From the IMG/VR virus record IMGVR_UViG_3300025000_000164, positions 1 through 47,055 of that record: a stretch of 47,055 nt of DNA; one strand, written 5' to 3'. Both the position numbers and the translations under genes were made by a program. The notes beneath the pieces are model-generated. The model ran no database searches. It was not told the origin of the DNA and worked only from the letters and a program-made list of their open reading frames with translations. Of the stretch, positions 8,828-17,749 are shown one piece after another. The DNA comes from a virus. Taxonomy: Duplodnaviria > Caudoviricetes. Each line of letters begins with the position of its first letter. Positions within the stretch are counted from its first letter, which is position 1.

Positions 8828-9246
8828 AAGAGCATAAGATGGATAGGTGCAGCTACGGAGAGGACGGAACGTGCGCCTTACATGGAGTAGAAGTAGAAAG
8901 AAGAGAGAGTATGAAGGTGCTGACTGACAGTATTCCAAAAATTCTCACTTGGCAAAATAGGATAATCGGCTGGTCTTTTCTTATTACGGCATTTGTATTT
9001 GGGGCCTATGCTTATATAAATATTGTGAAGAATGATTTGACTTTACAGTACACAACTGGACTTGGATCTGCTGTTGCGGAGATAAAGATTATAGGGAAAC
9101 AGTTTGAGCAATTGTCAAATGGGCAAGCCAGAGCAGATGAAAGGCATGAGGCGTATCTTAGGTCTATGGCAGAGATGACTTCGAGTATTAAGACCCTGAC
9201 ATATATGCAGTTTGAAGATACCGGGAAGAAGAAGAAGGCTAATTAG
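8821..9246 (+). CDS. Single-TM coiled-coil protein, holin or lysis-accessory candidate
   Basis: TM segment IIGWSFLITAFVFGAYAYI, basic C-terminus, immediately upstream of the endolysin. Confidence 0.5.
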   Translation: MVEEHKMDRCSYGEDGTCALHGVEVERRESMKVLTDSIPKILTWQNRIIGWSFLITAFVFGAYAYINIVKNDLTLQYTTGLGSAVAEIKIIGKQFEQLSNGQARADERHEAYLRSMAEMTSSIKTLTYMQFEDTGKKKKAN

Positions 9247-9248
9247 GG

Positions 9249-9602
9249 ATGCTTATGAAAAGTGAATTCTTTTCCAGGCGAGAATTTGCCTGTAAGTGTG
9301 GATGCGGGTTTGATACAGTGGATGCGGAACTCTTGGAAGTACTAGAGGATTTGAGGAGGTACTTCTGTACCAGAGTTTACATCATAAGCGGGTGCAGGTG
9401 TCTTAAGAGAAACCTCCAGGTAAATGGTTCTCCTGGATCTAAGCACATGGAAGGTAGGGCGGCGGATGTAAGGCTGGACCATATTGATCCTATTATTGTG
9501 AGATTGTATCTGGAAGAGGAGTATGGAGATACGTATGGGATAGGAACCTATACGTTGTTTACACATCTGGATACACGGACGGGAGTGAAAGTGAGATGGT
9601 GA
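9249..9602 (+). CDS. Peptidase M15 family endolysin
   Basis: FSRREFACKCGCG, SGCRC, SKHMEGRAAD and FTHLDTR (Zn ligands H, D, H). Confidence 0.9.
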   Translation: MLMKSEFFSRREFACKCGCGFDTVDAELLEVLEDLRRYFCTRVYIISGCRCLKRNLQVNGSPGSKHMEGRAADVRLDHIDPIIVRLYLEEEYGDTYGIGTYTLFTHLDTRTGVKVRW

Positions 9603-9608
9603 AGAAGT

Positions 9609-9649
9609 GAAACCCTATACTAGGAGTATTTAGTATAGGGTTTCTTTTT
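9609..9649. terminator. Intrinsic terminator between the convergent arms
   Basis: 14-bp stem GAAACCCTATACTA (9609-9622) / TAGTATAGGGTTTC (9631-9644) followed by a T-run. Confidence 0.85.
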
Positions 9650-10076
9650 AGATTTCCTTAAGAAACACATGATCATCTATTGTTGCAACATACTCCATTG
9701 AATCTGCCCAGTACGGCTTTCCTCCTTTTGTTCCAGACGGACTGTAGTAGTGTGTAGCACCATTAAGTCTCTTCCCCGCCTGCCACTCGTTGACTCCGTT
9801 AATGCAGTTGTTATATACTGAAGCAAGGGTTACAAGTTCCGTTATCCAGTTTGCCGGTACGGAGAAACCTTTTCTTTTAGTTACTAATCCGTCTATGCCA
9901 TCATTCCAGCAAGAGAATTGCTTCCGAGAGAAGATGATATTTGCAAGTGGCCAATTCCGTTTCTTGGCTCTGTTAAGGATTACTTTTACAACTGCCTTCT
10001 GCCCCGCGGGAGGTTCTCCCCTGGCCTCGAGATAGACAGTTAGAACAACCCACATGAAGCCCTCTACGGAGGTCAT
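9648..10076 (-). CDS. Cell wall hydrolase, SleB / Hydrolase_2 family
   Basis: TVYLEARGE, AVVKVILNR, QFSCWN, GATHYY and DHVF motifs. Confidence 0.9.
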   Translation of the reverse strand: MTSVEGFMWVVLTVYLEARGEPPAGQKAVVKVILNRAKKRNWPLANIIFSRKQFSCWNDGIDGLVTKRKGFSVPANWITELVTLASVYNNCINGVNEWQAGKRLNGATHYYSPSGTKGGKPYWADSMEYVATIDDHVFLKEI

Positions 10077-10573
10077 TCTCCTAGCCCATTCTTGAGGGCA
10101 TCTAGTAAGTCTTCTTCCAGATCGTCGCGTGAATTATTCACATTAGGTGCTGCTTCAAGCCGCGCATGGTAGAGTCGAAGTAGGATGTTGAAGGCTGCCT
10201 GTGCTGCATGGTAGCATCCTGTTTCTGTATCCTTTGCAAGAGGATCAAGTTGGCATTGTTCCAGGTGTCTCATAGTTCCATCCCAGAACCTGGAGTCTGA
10301 ATCCTCAAATGGTTTGAGGCAGTTGAACTTTTTATACTTCTTCACTCCCGCCGTGAATGTATCTGCAAGTGGACCAAGGACACAGAGCGGCATGGCATGG
10401 TATTTCTGTTTTCCAGAATCATGCTTGAGGCCTTCTTGTTCTCGTACTCTCGGCGCGAATTGTTTATAGTACTCTACTTCTTTTGCAAGATTATTTACAA
10501 AATTCAGTATATCATGATCACTACGGAGGTTGTATTTTTTTACTATCATTCGATTCTGTTCTTGTAAATTCAT
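10073..10573 (-). CDS. dATP/dGTP diphosphohydrolase-like protein (DUF5664)
   Basis: GLKHDSGK..., GVKKY..., MRHL and DTETGCYHAAQAAFN pattern. Confidence 0.8.
   Translation of the reverse strand: MNLQEQNRMIVKKYNLRSDHDILNFVNNLAKEVEYYKQFAPRVREQEGLKHDSGKQKYHAMPLCVLGPLADTFTAGVKKYKKFNCLKPFEDSDSRFWDGTMRHLEQCQLDPLAKDTETGCYHAAQAAFNILLRLYHARLEAAPNVNNSRDDLEEDLLDALKNGLGE
10129..10141. promoter_or_regulatory. Dispersed palindromic site, copy 2 (GTGAATTATTCAC)
   Basis: Exact copy; inside the DUF5664 3' end, about 50 bp before the SleB start. Confidence 0.7.
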
Positions 10574-10588
10574 TTCATCTCTCCTTTT

Positions 10589-11788
10589 CTAATCTGAAAT
10601 ATACTGATAAACAGGTACGTTATCAGCTCCAAGAATCTTCTTAACCCTACCAGTTGATAGGATTGTCTGGATTACATTTGTGAACTTGATAGAATCAAGG
10701 TCCCTCCACACAGCACGCATTAACTTAGATTCTGTTATGGTTCCATGAGATCTTATTATGGTCATAACAGTATCTACCTCCCCGGTAATAGCAGACTTCC
10801 CTACACTTCTAAAAGCATTTCCCATTCCCTCCTCAGAATGTGTTATTTTAGCGATAGCCTTCTCCAAATGATGCACCTGAAGTTCAAGACACCCGGACTC
10901 AGATGCAGCAAATATCATAGCCAGTTTAAGTATCATCATTGGTTTTCTACTATACCATCCATTAAAGGATGGGTCGTTACAGATTCGACCTATGTCCAGG
11001 TCTTCATACTTGTTATACCATTCTACCCAGAAGCATGTGGCTTCTTTAGAGAAGATATAATCCCCCGCTATCTGGGCTATCAGAAACATATCGTGTTTGA
11101 GTTTCTCCTTTAACTCAATTGTCTCTGGAGTCTCGAAGGGTATCGGGACTTTCTTCTCCTTCTTGTCCGCCCAGACAAAGATGATTCGTGAAGTCAGGCC
11201 GCCGCCAATAGCTTGTGAGGGTAATGCAGTTGCTAAAGACTCTGGTGTGGTAGCACCAAGTAGATTCAAGTACACAGATGGTATCGTAGTATTGCCAGAG
11301 TTTTTGGTTCGGTATTTCCATGGTGCCTCGCTGCAATCGAAGAGGTCAGTTAGGAGGACAAGCATCTTTGCGTTCTCAGTTTTCTGCCCTAGAAAGGATT
11401 CGAACTCAGTTGAGATAATAGACAAGGAAGAGTGCTTGAACATCCTCCCATCCGGCATTGGAGAATCTATTGCTGCAAGCTCTAGGTCCTGAAGCAGTGC
11501 CTCCCGCGTTATAGCATCTGCACTTATCTTTATATCTTCTACTGCTTTTATAATAGGAGAACCGTAGGATATAGCTACAGACTTTCTAGCCTTCCCCGGC
11601 TCAGCTACCAGTACAATATACGTGTTAGGATAGACTCTTAGCCTTCCTAGGTGAAGTTTTACTTTCTTACGTAGAGCACTTGAGATCAGGGAAATACCTA
11701 CCCAATCATGAAAGACCCTCGCGCTTTCTGTGTTCTCTGTGTATTGTCGATACGCAGTTAAGAAGTCGGGGAGAAGTCTTTGGCTCAT
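10589..11788 (-). CDS. DUF3987-like P-loop protein, putative replicative helicase
   Basis: VYPNTYIVLVAEPGKARKS Walker A, LLGATTP, GGLTSR; next to the polymerase. Confidence 0.75.
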   Translation of the reverse strand: MSQRLLPDFLTAYRQYTENTESARVFHDWVGISLISSALRKKVKLHLGRLRVYPNTYIVLVAEPGKARKSVAISYGSPIIKAVEDIKISADAITREALLQDLELAAIDSPMPDGRMFKHSSLSIISTEFESFLGQKTENAKMLVLLTDLFDCSEAPWKYRTKNSGNTTIPSVYLNLLGATTPESLATALPSQAIGGGLTSRIIFVWADKKEKKVPIPFETPETIELKEKLKHDMFLIAQIAGDYIFSKEATCFWVEWYNKYEDLDIGRICNDPSFNGWYSRKPMMILKLAMIFAASESGCLELQVHHLEKAIAKITHSEEGMGNAFRSVGKSAITGEVDTVMTIIRSHGTITESKLMRAVWRDLDSIKFTNVIQTILSTGRVKKILGADNVPVYQYISD

Positions 11789-14079
11789 ATCTTTAACCCT
11801 TCCATTTCTTTCCAGTTTTCACCTTCTTTAAAGTCGACTCCTATGTAGAGGTCAATGTGAGGGAGTTTGATAGGACGGTGCATGGACTCGAGCATTTTTT
11901 GGGCTATGGGGACTGGGTCAAGGTTCTGATCATACCAGACATATATGGCATCGTGGAGCTGCATCCAGAGCCCAAACCCTTTCTCAGTCTTGTTCTTCTC
12001 ATAGAAATCTGTCATGCTTATATTAAGCAGATCTCCTATTGTACTCTGTGGTACGAAAGCATAGGCGCTTCTGAAAAGCTGGTCTCCCCACCTATCCATG
12101 AAGATACGTTTCCTACCCAAAGGTGTTACAAGTATCCTGTCTTCGGATAGTTTGGCTCTGAGTTTCTCATGCCAGAGGGCAAGTTGCGGGGTAGCATTTT
12201 GGAACCTTGTGAGGTACTCCTTGGCTACCTTAAGAGTTACTTTAAGTTTACTCTGAAGTACTGCAGGCCCCGCGCTATAGTTGGTAGCGTGCCTAATAGT
12301 CTTTCCTATTGTTCTAAGCTCAGGTGTTACCTCATCATAAGGAACATTGAACATTATGGAAGCAGTTAACTTGTGAATATCTGTTCCGTCGTCGAAGGCC
12401 TTTATTACTTTGTGATCCTGGATAAGGTGTGAAACTACATGAGCTTCTGCGCCTATATAGTCAGCCTGTATAAGGCGACAGTTAGCAGGACCTCTATACA
12501 TCTTCCGTACTCTACGATCCACATTCTGCAGATTACCAGAACCATAGTCTAGGATGATGGATTTGGAGCTGCTCCATCTACCAGTCTCAGTGCCTGAGAT
12601 GTTATAGGAAGTATGGGCCTTGTTCTCTGGAGAGAGCTCGATATTAATGGATTGTAGAATCTTATTGTATTTCCTATACTCCAGCAGGAGTTTCAGGACA
12701 GGATCCTGTGTTGCTATGTATAGCTTCTCAAGTGCCTCGGCGTCAGTTGTTACAACCCTAGGATCATCAGCACTCTTTCTCCTTTTGTACTGCACAGGCA
12801 ACCCCATGTCTACGTAGAGAAGTTCCTGCATTTGCTTTGGAGAACTGAAGTTTATTTCCTTTTTTAATATGGTGCTAAGGCCGGTTTCAATGGCTGTCAT
12901 TTTCTCGAAGAACTCTTTGTGGAGAGCTTCCTTCTGTGCAGGATCAACCTCTACTCCCCGGAGCTGCATGTAGCCCGCGAGTTCTATCTGAGCCATTTCC
13001 CTTTCGAAGGTTACTTTGTAGTTCTCGTCTGCTGCTATTAGCGGGGACATCTTGTCGTATAACGCCCGTGTATTTGCAGCGTCCTGAGCATTGTACTCTC
13101 CGTGCTCGTACTGATTACCCGATGTGTGTTTCCAAGCAGGGACGTTGAGGAGTATACTACATAAGTAACCCAGATCCTTTGGAAATTCGGGCCATAACAC
13201 GTGGGCACTGAGAAGGGTATCGAAGTGAATATTTTCACACCAGACTCCTTGATTATGCCAGAGGTTCATTACGTCATATGAAGCATTGTGGAATACAAGT
13301 TTTATTCCTGAGCTACAGAGCTTTGCAATAGATGCCCAGATTTCTACCTCGTCCATCTCGGGGAAACACTGGACTCTGTTCTCTATGAACCTGACTGACA
13401 TCCCGAAGTTTTCATTATGGGATATTCCGAACCAGCTTATGTGGGCTCCGGGTGTGAGGTGTTCGAGGTCAATGGCGACTACGAATTCTTTCCTGTTTTC
13501 GTAGAGAAAATCAAGGTACTGAAGTATGTCCTGTTTCCCTGGAGCAACCTTGAGTTCAGCTTTGTATTCTCTAAACTCTGGATTCAAAGACTCATGTCTT
13601 ACCTTTCTGAAGTCCATTACAGACTGGTAGAACAGGCTCCAGTCGTATGTTACAGCCTTGGGATGGTAGGTTACTAGGACTTTCTTCCCCGGCACAAGAG
13701 AAGACTGGACTATGGTGCCTCGGAGAGCCTTGAGGCCTGACAAGCCAGTGAGAACTCTTAATGGTATGGCTCCAAGGGCGACTATGATATTAGGGTTTAG
13801 GGTTTCTATCTCATCCTTAAGTCTAGCTATCTGTAAAGCAAAGTCGGGGGTTGGATTCTCCTGCTTCTTATCAAGAAAGAATGTTTTTATTCTCCTGCAG
13901 GAAGTATTTGTTATGATACATTCTCCATAGAATATACCAGCCTGGGTTAGGATCTTCCTAAGAGTTGTGCCATCGCTGCCTACGAAAGGCATACCGCACT
14001 TCTCTTCTACCTCTCCAGGTGCTTCACCCACTATCATTATAGTAGCCCTGGTCGAGGGAATTATAGTTTTTACGTCCAT
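11785..14079 (-). CDS. polA: Family A DNA polymerase with N-terminal uracil-DNA glycosylase (family 4-like) and 3'-5' exonuclease domains
   Basis: UDG: GEAPG..E...G.PFVG and YHP. Exo: DLE, HNASYD, YNAQD. Pol: TGRWSS, NLQN, ADY...E, RxxxKxxxHxxxY, HD. Confidence 0.95.
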   Translation of the reverse strand: MDVKTIIPSTRATIMIVGEAPGEVEEKCGMPFVGSDGTTLRKILTQAGIFYGECIITNTSCRRIKTFFLDKKQENPTPDFALQIARLKDEIETLNPNIIVALGAIPLRVLTGLSGLKALRGTIVQSSLVPGKKVLVTYHPKAVTYDWSLFYQSVMDFRKVRHESLNPEFREYKAELKVAPGKQDILQYLDFLYENRKEFVVAIDLEHLTPGAHISWFGISHNENFGMSVRFIENRVQCFPEMDEVEIWASIAKLCSSGIKLVFHNASYDVMNLWHNQGVWCENIHFDTLLSAHVLWPEFPKDLGYLCSILLNVPAWKHTSGNQYEHGEYNAQDAANTRALYDKMSPLIAADENYKVTFEREMAQIELAGYMQLRGVEVDPAQKEALHKEFFEKMTAIETGLSTILKKEINFSSPKQMQELLYVDMGLPVQYKRRKSADDPRVVTTDAEALEKLYIATQDPVLKLLLEYRKYNKILQSINIELSPENKAHTSYNISGTETGRWSSSKSIILDYGSGNLQNVDRRVRKMYRGPANCRLIQADYIGAEAHVVSHLIQDHKVIKAFDDGTDIHKLTASIMFNVPYDEVTPELRTIGKTIRHATNYSAGPAVLQSKLKVTLKVAKEYLTRFQNATPQLALWHEKLRAKLSEDRILVTPLGRKRIFMDRWGDQLFRSAYAFVPQSTIGDLLNISMTDFYEKNKTEKGFGLWMQLHDAIYVWYDQNLDPVPIAQKMLESMHRPIKLPHIDLYIGVDFKEGENWKEMEGLKI

Positions 14080-14295
14080 TTAGGTAGTCTCCTTCCTAAG
14101 TTCCTTAGCGAAAGCATTAATAATTTCTGAGGTTGTTATATCCTTAGAACCCAGAAGCTCGAATATAAGTGCTGAACTTATCTCCTTGTCTTCTGCCCTG
14201 TCGTGGTACAGAAGGTTATGTACCGCGTCCTCTGTGTATTTCAGGATGGTTTCTTTCTGCTTCTTTTTCAGTTTGTCTAGGTTAGGCTTTGTCAT
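14080..14295 (-). CDS. Hypothetical protein
   Basis: Tightly packed; carries the AAGGAG RBS for the polymerase. Confidence 0.7.
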   Translation of the reverse strand: MTKPNLDKLKKKQKETILKYTEDAVHNLLYHDRAEDKEISSALIFELLGSKDITTSEIINAFAKELRKETT

Positions 14296-15565
14296 CTTCA
14301 GTCTCCTTTAACTCCCCGGCTATAAAATCAGCTGCGGCTGTATATGCAGTAAGAAGCAACTCATTTCCGTAGCATATTAGTTTTTCCCGTAGACCTGCTA
14401 CAATAGCTGAACCAGAACCCATACAGGGGTCTACTAGGACGGCTCCAGGGTGGACGCTCCGGGTGATAAGGTCCTGGAGCATATCTACTGGTTTCTGTGT
14501 GGGATGAATCTTGTCCTTGGCCTGGACCCTGCTGTAATTCAGTACATCAGGCCTAGCATAGAGTAGCTTTGTGTTTTCTCTCCTAGCATATATACACATT
14601 TCGTAGGAAGAAACGGGCCATCTTTCAGGCATGTTACTTTGTCCTCCCCCCGGCTTAGCCCAGATAATAGGGCGCACATGAGGCTGCCATCCACCTAGAG
14701 TCAGAATACCAACAACATCATGGAAGTATTCTGGAGCACAGAACATATACAGATGCGCAGTATCTTTGCAGAATCTTCCTGATTCCTTGGCTATCTTTTC
14801 GATAACTTCAAATGCAACATATTGAGTGTCTTCATATGTGAAGCCCTGGTTATTATCTCCACCCGTTTCGCCACCTGCAACTATAGCGACATTAGCTATA
14901 TCTATCCCATAAGGAGGATCACATAAAAGGATATCAACAGAATTAGATTCAAGACCTTGCATGAACTCAACAGCATCTTTGTTTGAAAGTGTTACTCTGT
15001 CAGATGCAAGGATAGTGCACTCATAGGAGGAAATGTTTTCGGCTCTATCAAGTAGCTTCATCAAGGCTTCAGATGCTGAGCGAAGCTCCTTTTTTGTTTT
15101 ACATTTCTCTAGAGAGGGGAAAGCAGTAACCATGGCCGCAAGGTCGAGGTCTTTAGAAACAGACGATCTGTCTTTCCCGAGTATCTTTGCTGTATCATCC
15201 ATTGTCCAGGGGATTCCAGTTTTCTGGTCCTGGATTTTGCACTTGAGTTCGTGGAGTTCTTTTACAGCAAGTACATGCTCGGCGGGGGAGAAGTCTTGTC
15301 TTTGGACATTTTCTTCTACCTCTATCTCCCGCATAGAAAGAGAATCATTCTCGTCTATTATCTTGACTTCCACATCCATATTATACAGGCTACAAGCAGC
15401 GAGTCTTCTCCCGCCGGCTATAAGCTCCATGCCCTGGTTTACTACTATTGGTTGGATCTGGCCGTAGATGCGAATGGAGTCAGCGAGTTCTTTTAGGTTT
15501 CCTAGGTCCTTGCGGAAACGCTCAAGGCCCTCACGGACTTTCACTTCAGATGGTTTAACTAGCAT
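14282..15565 (-). CDS. ParB-like (CTP-binding) domain + HTH + N6/N4 DNA methyltransferase fusion
   Basis: GQIQPIVV, IAGGRRLAA and EENVQRQD; HTH WTMDDTAKILGKDRSSVS; MTase DPPY, HPTQKP and DPCMGSGS. Start moved to the ATG at 15565, which follows AGGAGAGG. Confidence 0.9.
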   Translation of the reverse strand: MLVKPSEVKVREGLERFRKDLGNLKELADSIRIYGQIQPIVVNQGMELIAGGRRLAACSLYNMDVEVKIIDENDSLSMREIEVEENVQRQDFSPAEHVLAVKELHELKCKIQDQKTGIPWTMDDTAKILGKDRSSVSKDLDLAAMVTAFPSLEKCKTKKELRSASEALMKLLDRAENISSYECTILASDRVTLSNKDAVEFMQGLESNSVDILLCDPPYGIDIANVAIVAGGETGGDNNQGFTYEDTQYVAFEVIEKIAKESGRFCKDTAHLYMFCAPEYFHDVVGILTLGGWQPHVRPIIWAKPGGGQSNMPERWPVSSYEMCIYARRENTKLLYARPDVLNYSRVQAKDKIHPTQKPVDMLQDLITRSVHPGAVLVDPCMGSGSAIVAGLREKLICYGNELLLTAYTAAADFIAGELKETEDDKA

Positions 15566-15818
15566 TAGCCCTCTCCTTAAGTATGGCAAGATCCTTTGGC
15601 TTGAGGCCGAGGGTTTTAGCAATCGCTATTTCCTCCGAGGTTAAACCAAAGTTCTTGAGTTTAGTTATAGACGCTGTTTCTGCAGAAGCCTTCTTGCCGT
15701 ATGTTGCGGGCTTGGATAAGTCCTCTGCTCTGCGCTTTCTATAGCTCCTTATAAAGTGCATCTTTTCTTCAGGATTTAGCTTATTAAAGTCCTGACGTAA
15801 ATCGTATAGTCCTGGCAT
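15555..15818 (-). CDS. Basic hypothetical protein
   Basis: AGGAG RBS; operon packing. Confidence 0.75.
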   Translation of the reverse strand: MPGLYDLRQDFNKLNPEEKMHFIRSYRKRRAEDLSKPATYGKKASAETASITKLKNFGLTSEEIAIAKTLGLKPKDLAILKERANAS

Positions 15819-15826
15819 TATTTCTC

Positions 15827-16087
15827 CTAATAGTTTAGTTTCAGTTTATTGAGGATCTCTACTATAAGAATATCGTCAGGTGTTGCTACTCGTACTGTAT
15901 CAGTCACATCAAACCTATGAGAAGTTATGGCCTCGTAATTATTTTCTAATTTCCCATCAGTAATTGTTAGGGTTTCAAACCTATTGAGATGAAACTCGTT
16001 TTTAAGATATCTTCGTACTATATCCCTGACTTGTTCTTCTGGCAAGTCGATAGTCTTTTGTTCAGATATCATAATATTTACATTCAT
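15827..16087 (-). CDS. Hypothetical protein
   Basis: AAGGAGG RBS. Confidence 0.75.
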   Translation of the reverse strand: MNVNIMISEQKTIDLPEEQVRDIVRRYLKNEFHLNRFETLTITDGKLENNYEAITSHRFDVTDTVRVATPDDILIVEILNKLKLNY

Positions 16088-16291
16088 CTAGTCCTCCTTT
16101 TCCAACTCAACCTGTACAAACCCTCTACCTACGAAGAAGCTTTTTATAGTATAAAGGGTTCCTTTGAAACGCCTCTTTGTTCCTTCTTTAGGGATCTTAT
16201 CCTCACTCCGGCCGGCTACTTTAACTCCATTATGGAAGTAGTTTATTGGGTATCTTATATCTCCTTTCGGCATTTCATACTCCATAAACAA
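16088..16291 (-). CDS. Hypothetical protein (start probably at a downstream ATG)
   Basis: Abuts the next gene. Confidence 0.6.
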   Translation of the reverse strand: MFMEYEMPKGDIRYPINYFHNGVKVAGRSEDKIPKEGTKRRFKGTLYTIKSFFVGRGFVQVELEKED

Positions 16292-16324
16292 GAAAGGGCA
16301 GGAATGTTGTTAGCACCCTGCCCT
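16286..16324 (-). terminator. Intrinsic terminator after the DUF669 gene
   Basis: AGGGCAGG / CCTGCCCT stem followed on the - strand by TTCTTGTTT. Confidence 0.65.
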
Positions 16325-16349
16325 CTATTAGAAATAATCCTATGTTATG

Positions 16350-16826
16350 TTAGGCTGCAATCATATTCTTAACTTCATTCCGTACTACACCCTGGTATTC
16401 ACTGGTACCGACTTTAATCGTAACTTCCAGGCCGATATATTCAGCATCTTCAATGGCCTTTGCGATGGCCGAGATGGAAGTCTCGTCGAGTTTCATTCCA
16501 GTGATGAATTTACCAAGCTGATTGATTTTACTCTGGCGCTTGGTCATGCGGCCAGAAGCTATCATTTCAGACTCATCCCCCGGTTTTGGCAGCCAGTTGG
16601 TAAAGAATAAGGTGGAACCATCAACAGGGGTCTCGTCGTCAGTGCAAAGGCCGCCGTTTTCCAGGAGGGTAACACGCCAGTTGATTGTGAACTTCTCCCG
16701 GTCGTATGCTACAGATGTAATCGAGCCGTGGTAGGTTCCGTCAGGGATAAGGCCAGGCTCTTTTACTTCTTCAAGGATGTTGAAGTCGGTGTTAGGGTCG
16801 TAGTTGGTGTCGTTTTTCTTAGCCAT
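16350..16826 (-). CDS. DUF669-like protein, putative single-stranded DNA-binding protein
   Basis: LIPDGTYHG...YQGVVRNEVK pattern; follows the Sak4-like ATPase. Confidence 0.7.
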   Translation of the reverse strand: MAKKNDTNYDPNTDFNILEEVKEPGLIPDGTYHGSITSVAYDREKFTINWRVTLLENGGLCTDDETPVDGSTLFFTNWLPKPGDESEMIASGRMTKRQSKINQLGKFITGMKLDETSISAIAKAIEDAEYIGLEVTIKVGTSEYQGVVRNEVKNMIAA

Positions 16827-16883
16827 TTGGGTAGGTTCCTTTTGTTAGTTTGTTAGGTGTTGGTTTGTTTCGTAGGTGTCAAT

Positions 16884-16896
16884 GTGAATTATTCAC
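16884..16896. promoter_or_regulatory. Dispersed palindromic site, copy 3 (extends to ATGTGAATTATTCACAT)
   Basis: Exact copy; intergenic, upstream of DUF669. Confidence 0.75.
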
Positions 16897-17018
16897 ATAA
16901 GATGCTCCCGAAGGAGCTGCAGCACTCTCGCGCACATCAGGCTTTTCGCTGCACATATCACACAGATATTGTATGGATTCATAGGTGGCTAATGCCTGTG
17001 TCTGGATTTACGTATTAT

Positions 17019-17744
17019 CTATTTCACCCCCTTCATACACTCCATCAGTGTATCGTAGTTATTATCTATCTTATCAGGAAGAAAGTGTTCCTTACCTGAT
17101 AACCTGCTTCGTGCATTGAGATGGCCTTTTCCTACTGTAAGGAGCTTAAATTCTGTTTGGCCTTTTATAGTCTCCCTTATAGAATAGTAGACTTCATCGA
17201 AGTAGGAAGGTACTTTTGTACTAAGCTGGCCTGTGAGCATTGGCTCTATAGAAATAACAGCCCCAGTGTCTGCATCCAGGTTCTTATTCAGATGCCCTAT
17301 TACTACCAGATTGCAGGGGAATTCAAGCATCTGCCTAAGGTTGCCTTCTATCAGGTTCTTTACCATCCCATAGTGAACATTCCACATCGGGCCACCAGTA
17401 GGGCTCCTTTTAGGATCTAGCTGCATTGCCCTCCCCATTGCGAGGTCTGTCCAGCTTGTTGTGTCATCCACTACTACAGTCTTATACTTGAACTCCCCGG
17501 CTTTTATAAGGTCCTTGAGCCTCTTAAGGTCTTTCTCAAATTTGACCCAACCTCCTGCAGTGCTCCCATAATCCTCATAATCCACATCCTTGCCCCTGTA
17601 GGATAGTACTGTGTCTCCGAAGTTGAAGAGGTAGATTGGTTCTGGGAAGCTAGAGGCAAAGATGGATTTACCTGTCCCGGGGTCTCCTACTATGAAGACC
17701 TTAATGAAGTTTGTTTCAAGTGTAAAGTCTTTTGCATTTGGCAT
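17019..17744 (-). CDS. AAA_24 / Sak4-like recombination ATPase
   Basis: GDPGTGKS Walker A, TVVVDD Walker B, VVIGH and ARSR. Confidence 0.85.
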   Translation of the reverse strand: MPNAKDFTLETNFIKVFIVGDPGTGKSIFASSFPEPIYLFNFGDTVLSYRGKDVDYEDYGSTAGGWVKFEKDLKRLKDLIKAGEFKYKTVVVDDTTSWTDLAMGRAMQLDPKRSPTGGPMWNVHYGMVKNLIEGNLRQMLEFPCNLVVIGHLNKNLDADTGAVISIEPMLTGQLSTKVPSYFDEVYYSIRETIKGQTEFKLLTVGKGHLNARSRLSGKEHFLPDKIDNNYDTLMECMKGVK

Positions 17745-17749
17745 TTCTG

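Noticed and set aside
13225-13238. GTGAATATTTTCAC as an eighth palindrome copy or a Rex box
   Set aside because: It has different spacing (one extra base), lacks the shared flanks and lies mid-gene.
10073-14079. 2-aminoadenine (Z) or 7-deazaguanine genome
   Set aside because: No PurZ, DpdA, QueC/D/E or FolE is recognizable.
16893-16982. 29-aa Cys-containing ORF (MNPYNICVIC...) upstream of DUF669
   Set aside because: No RBS; the region is better explained as a structured leader.
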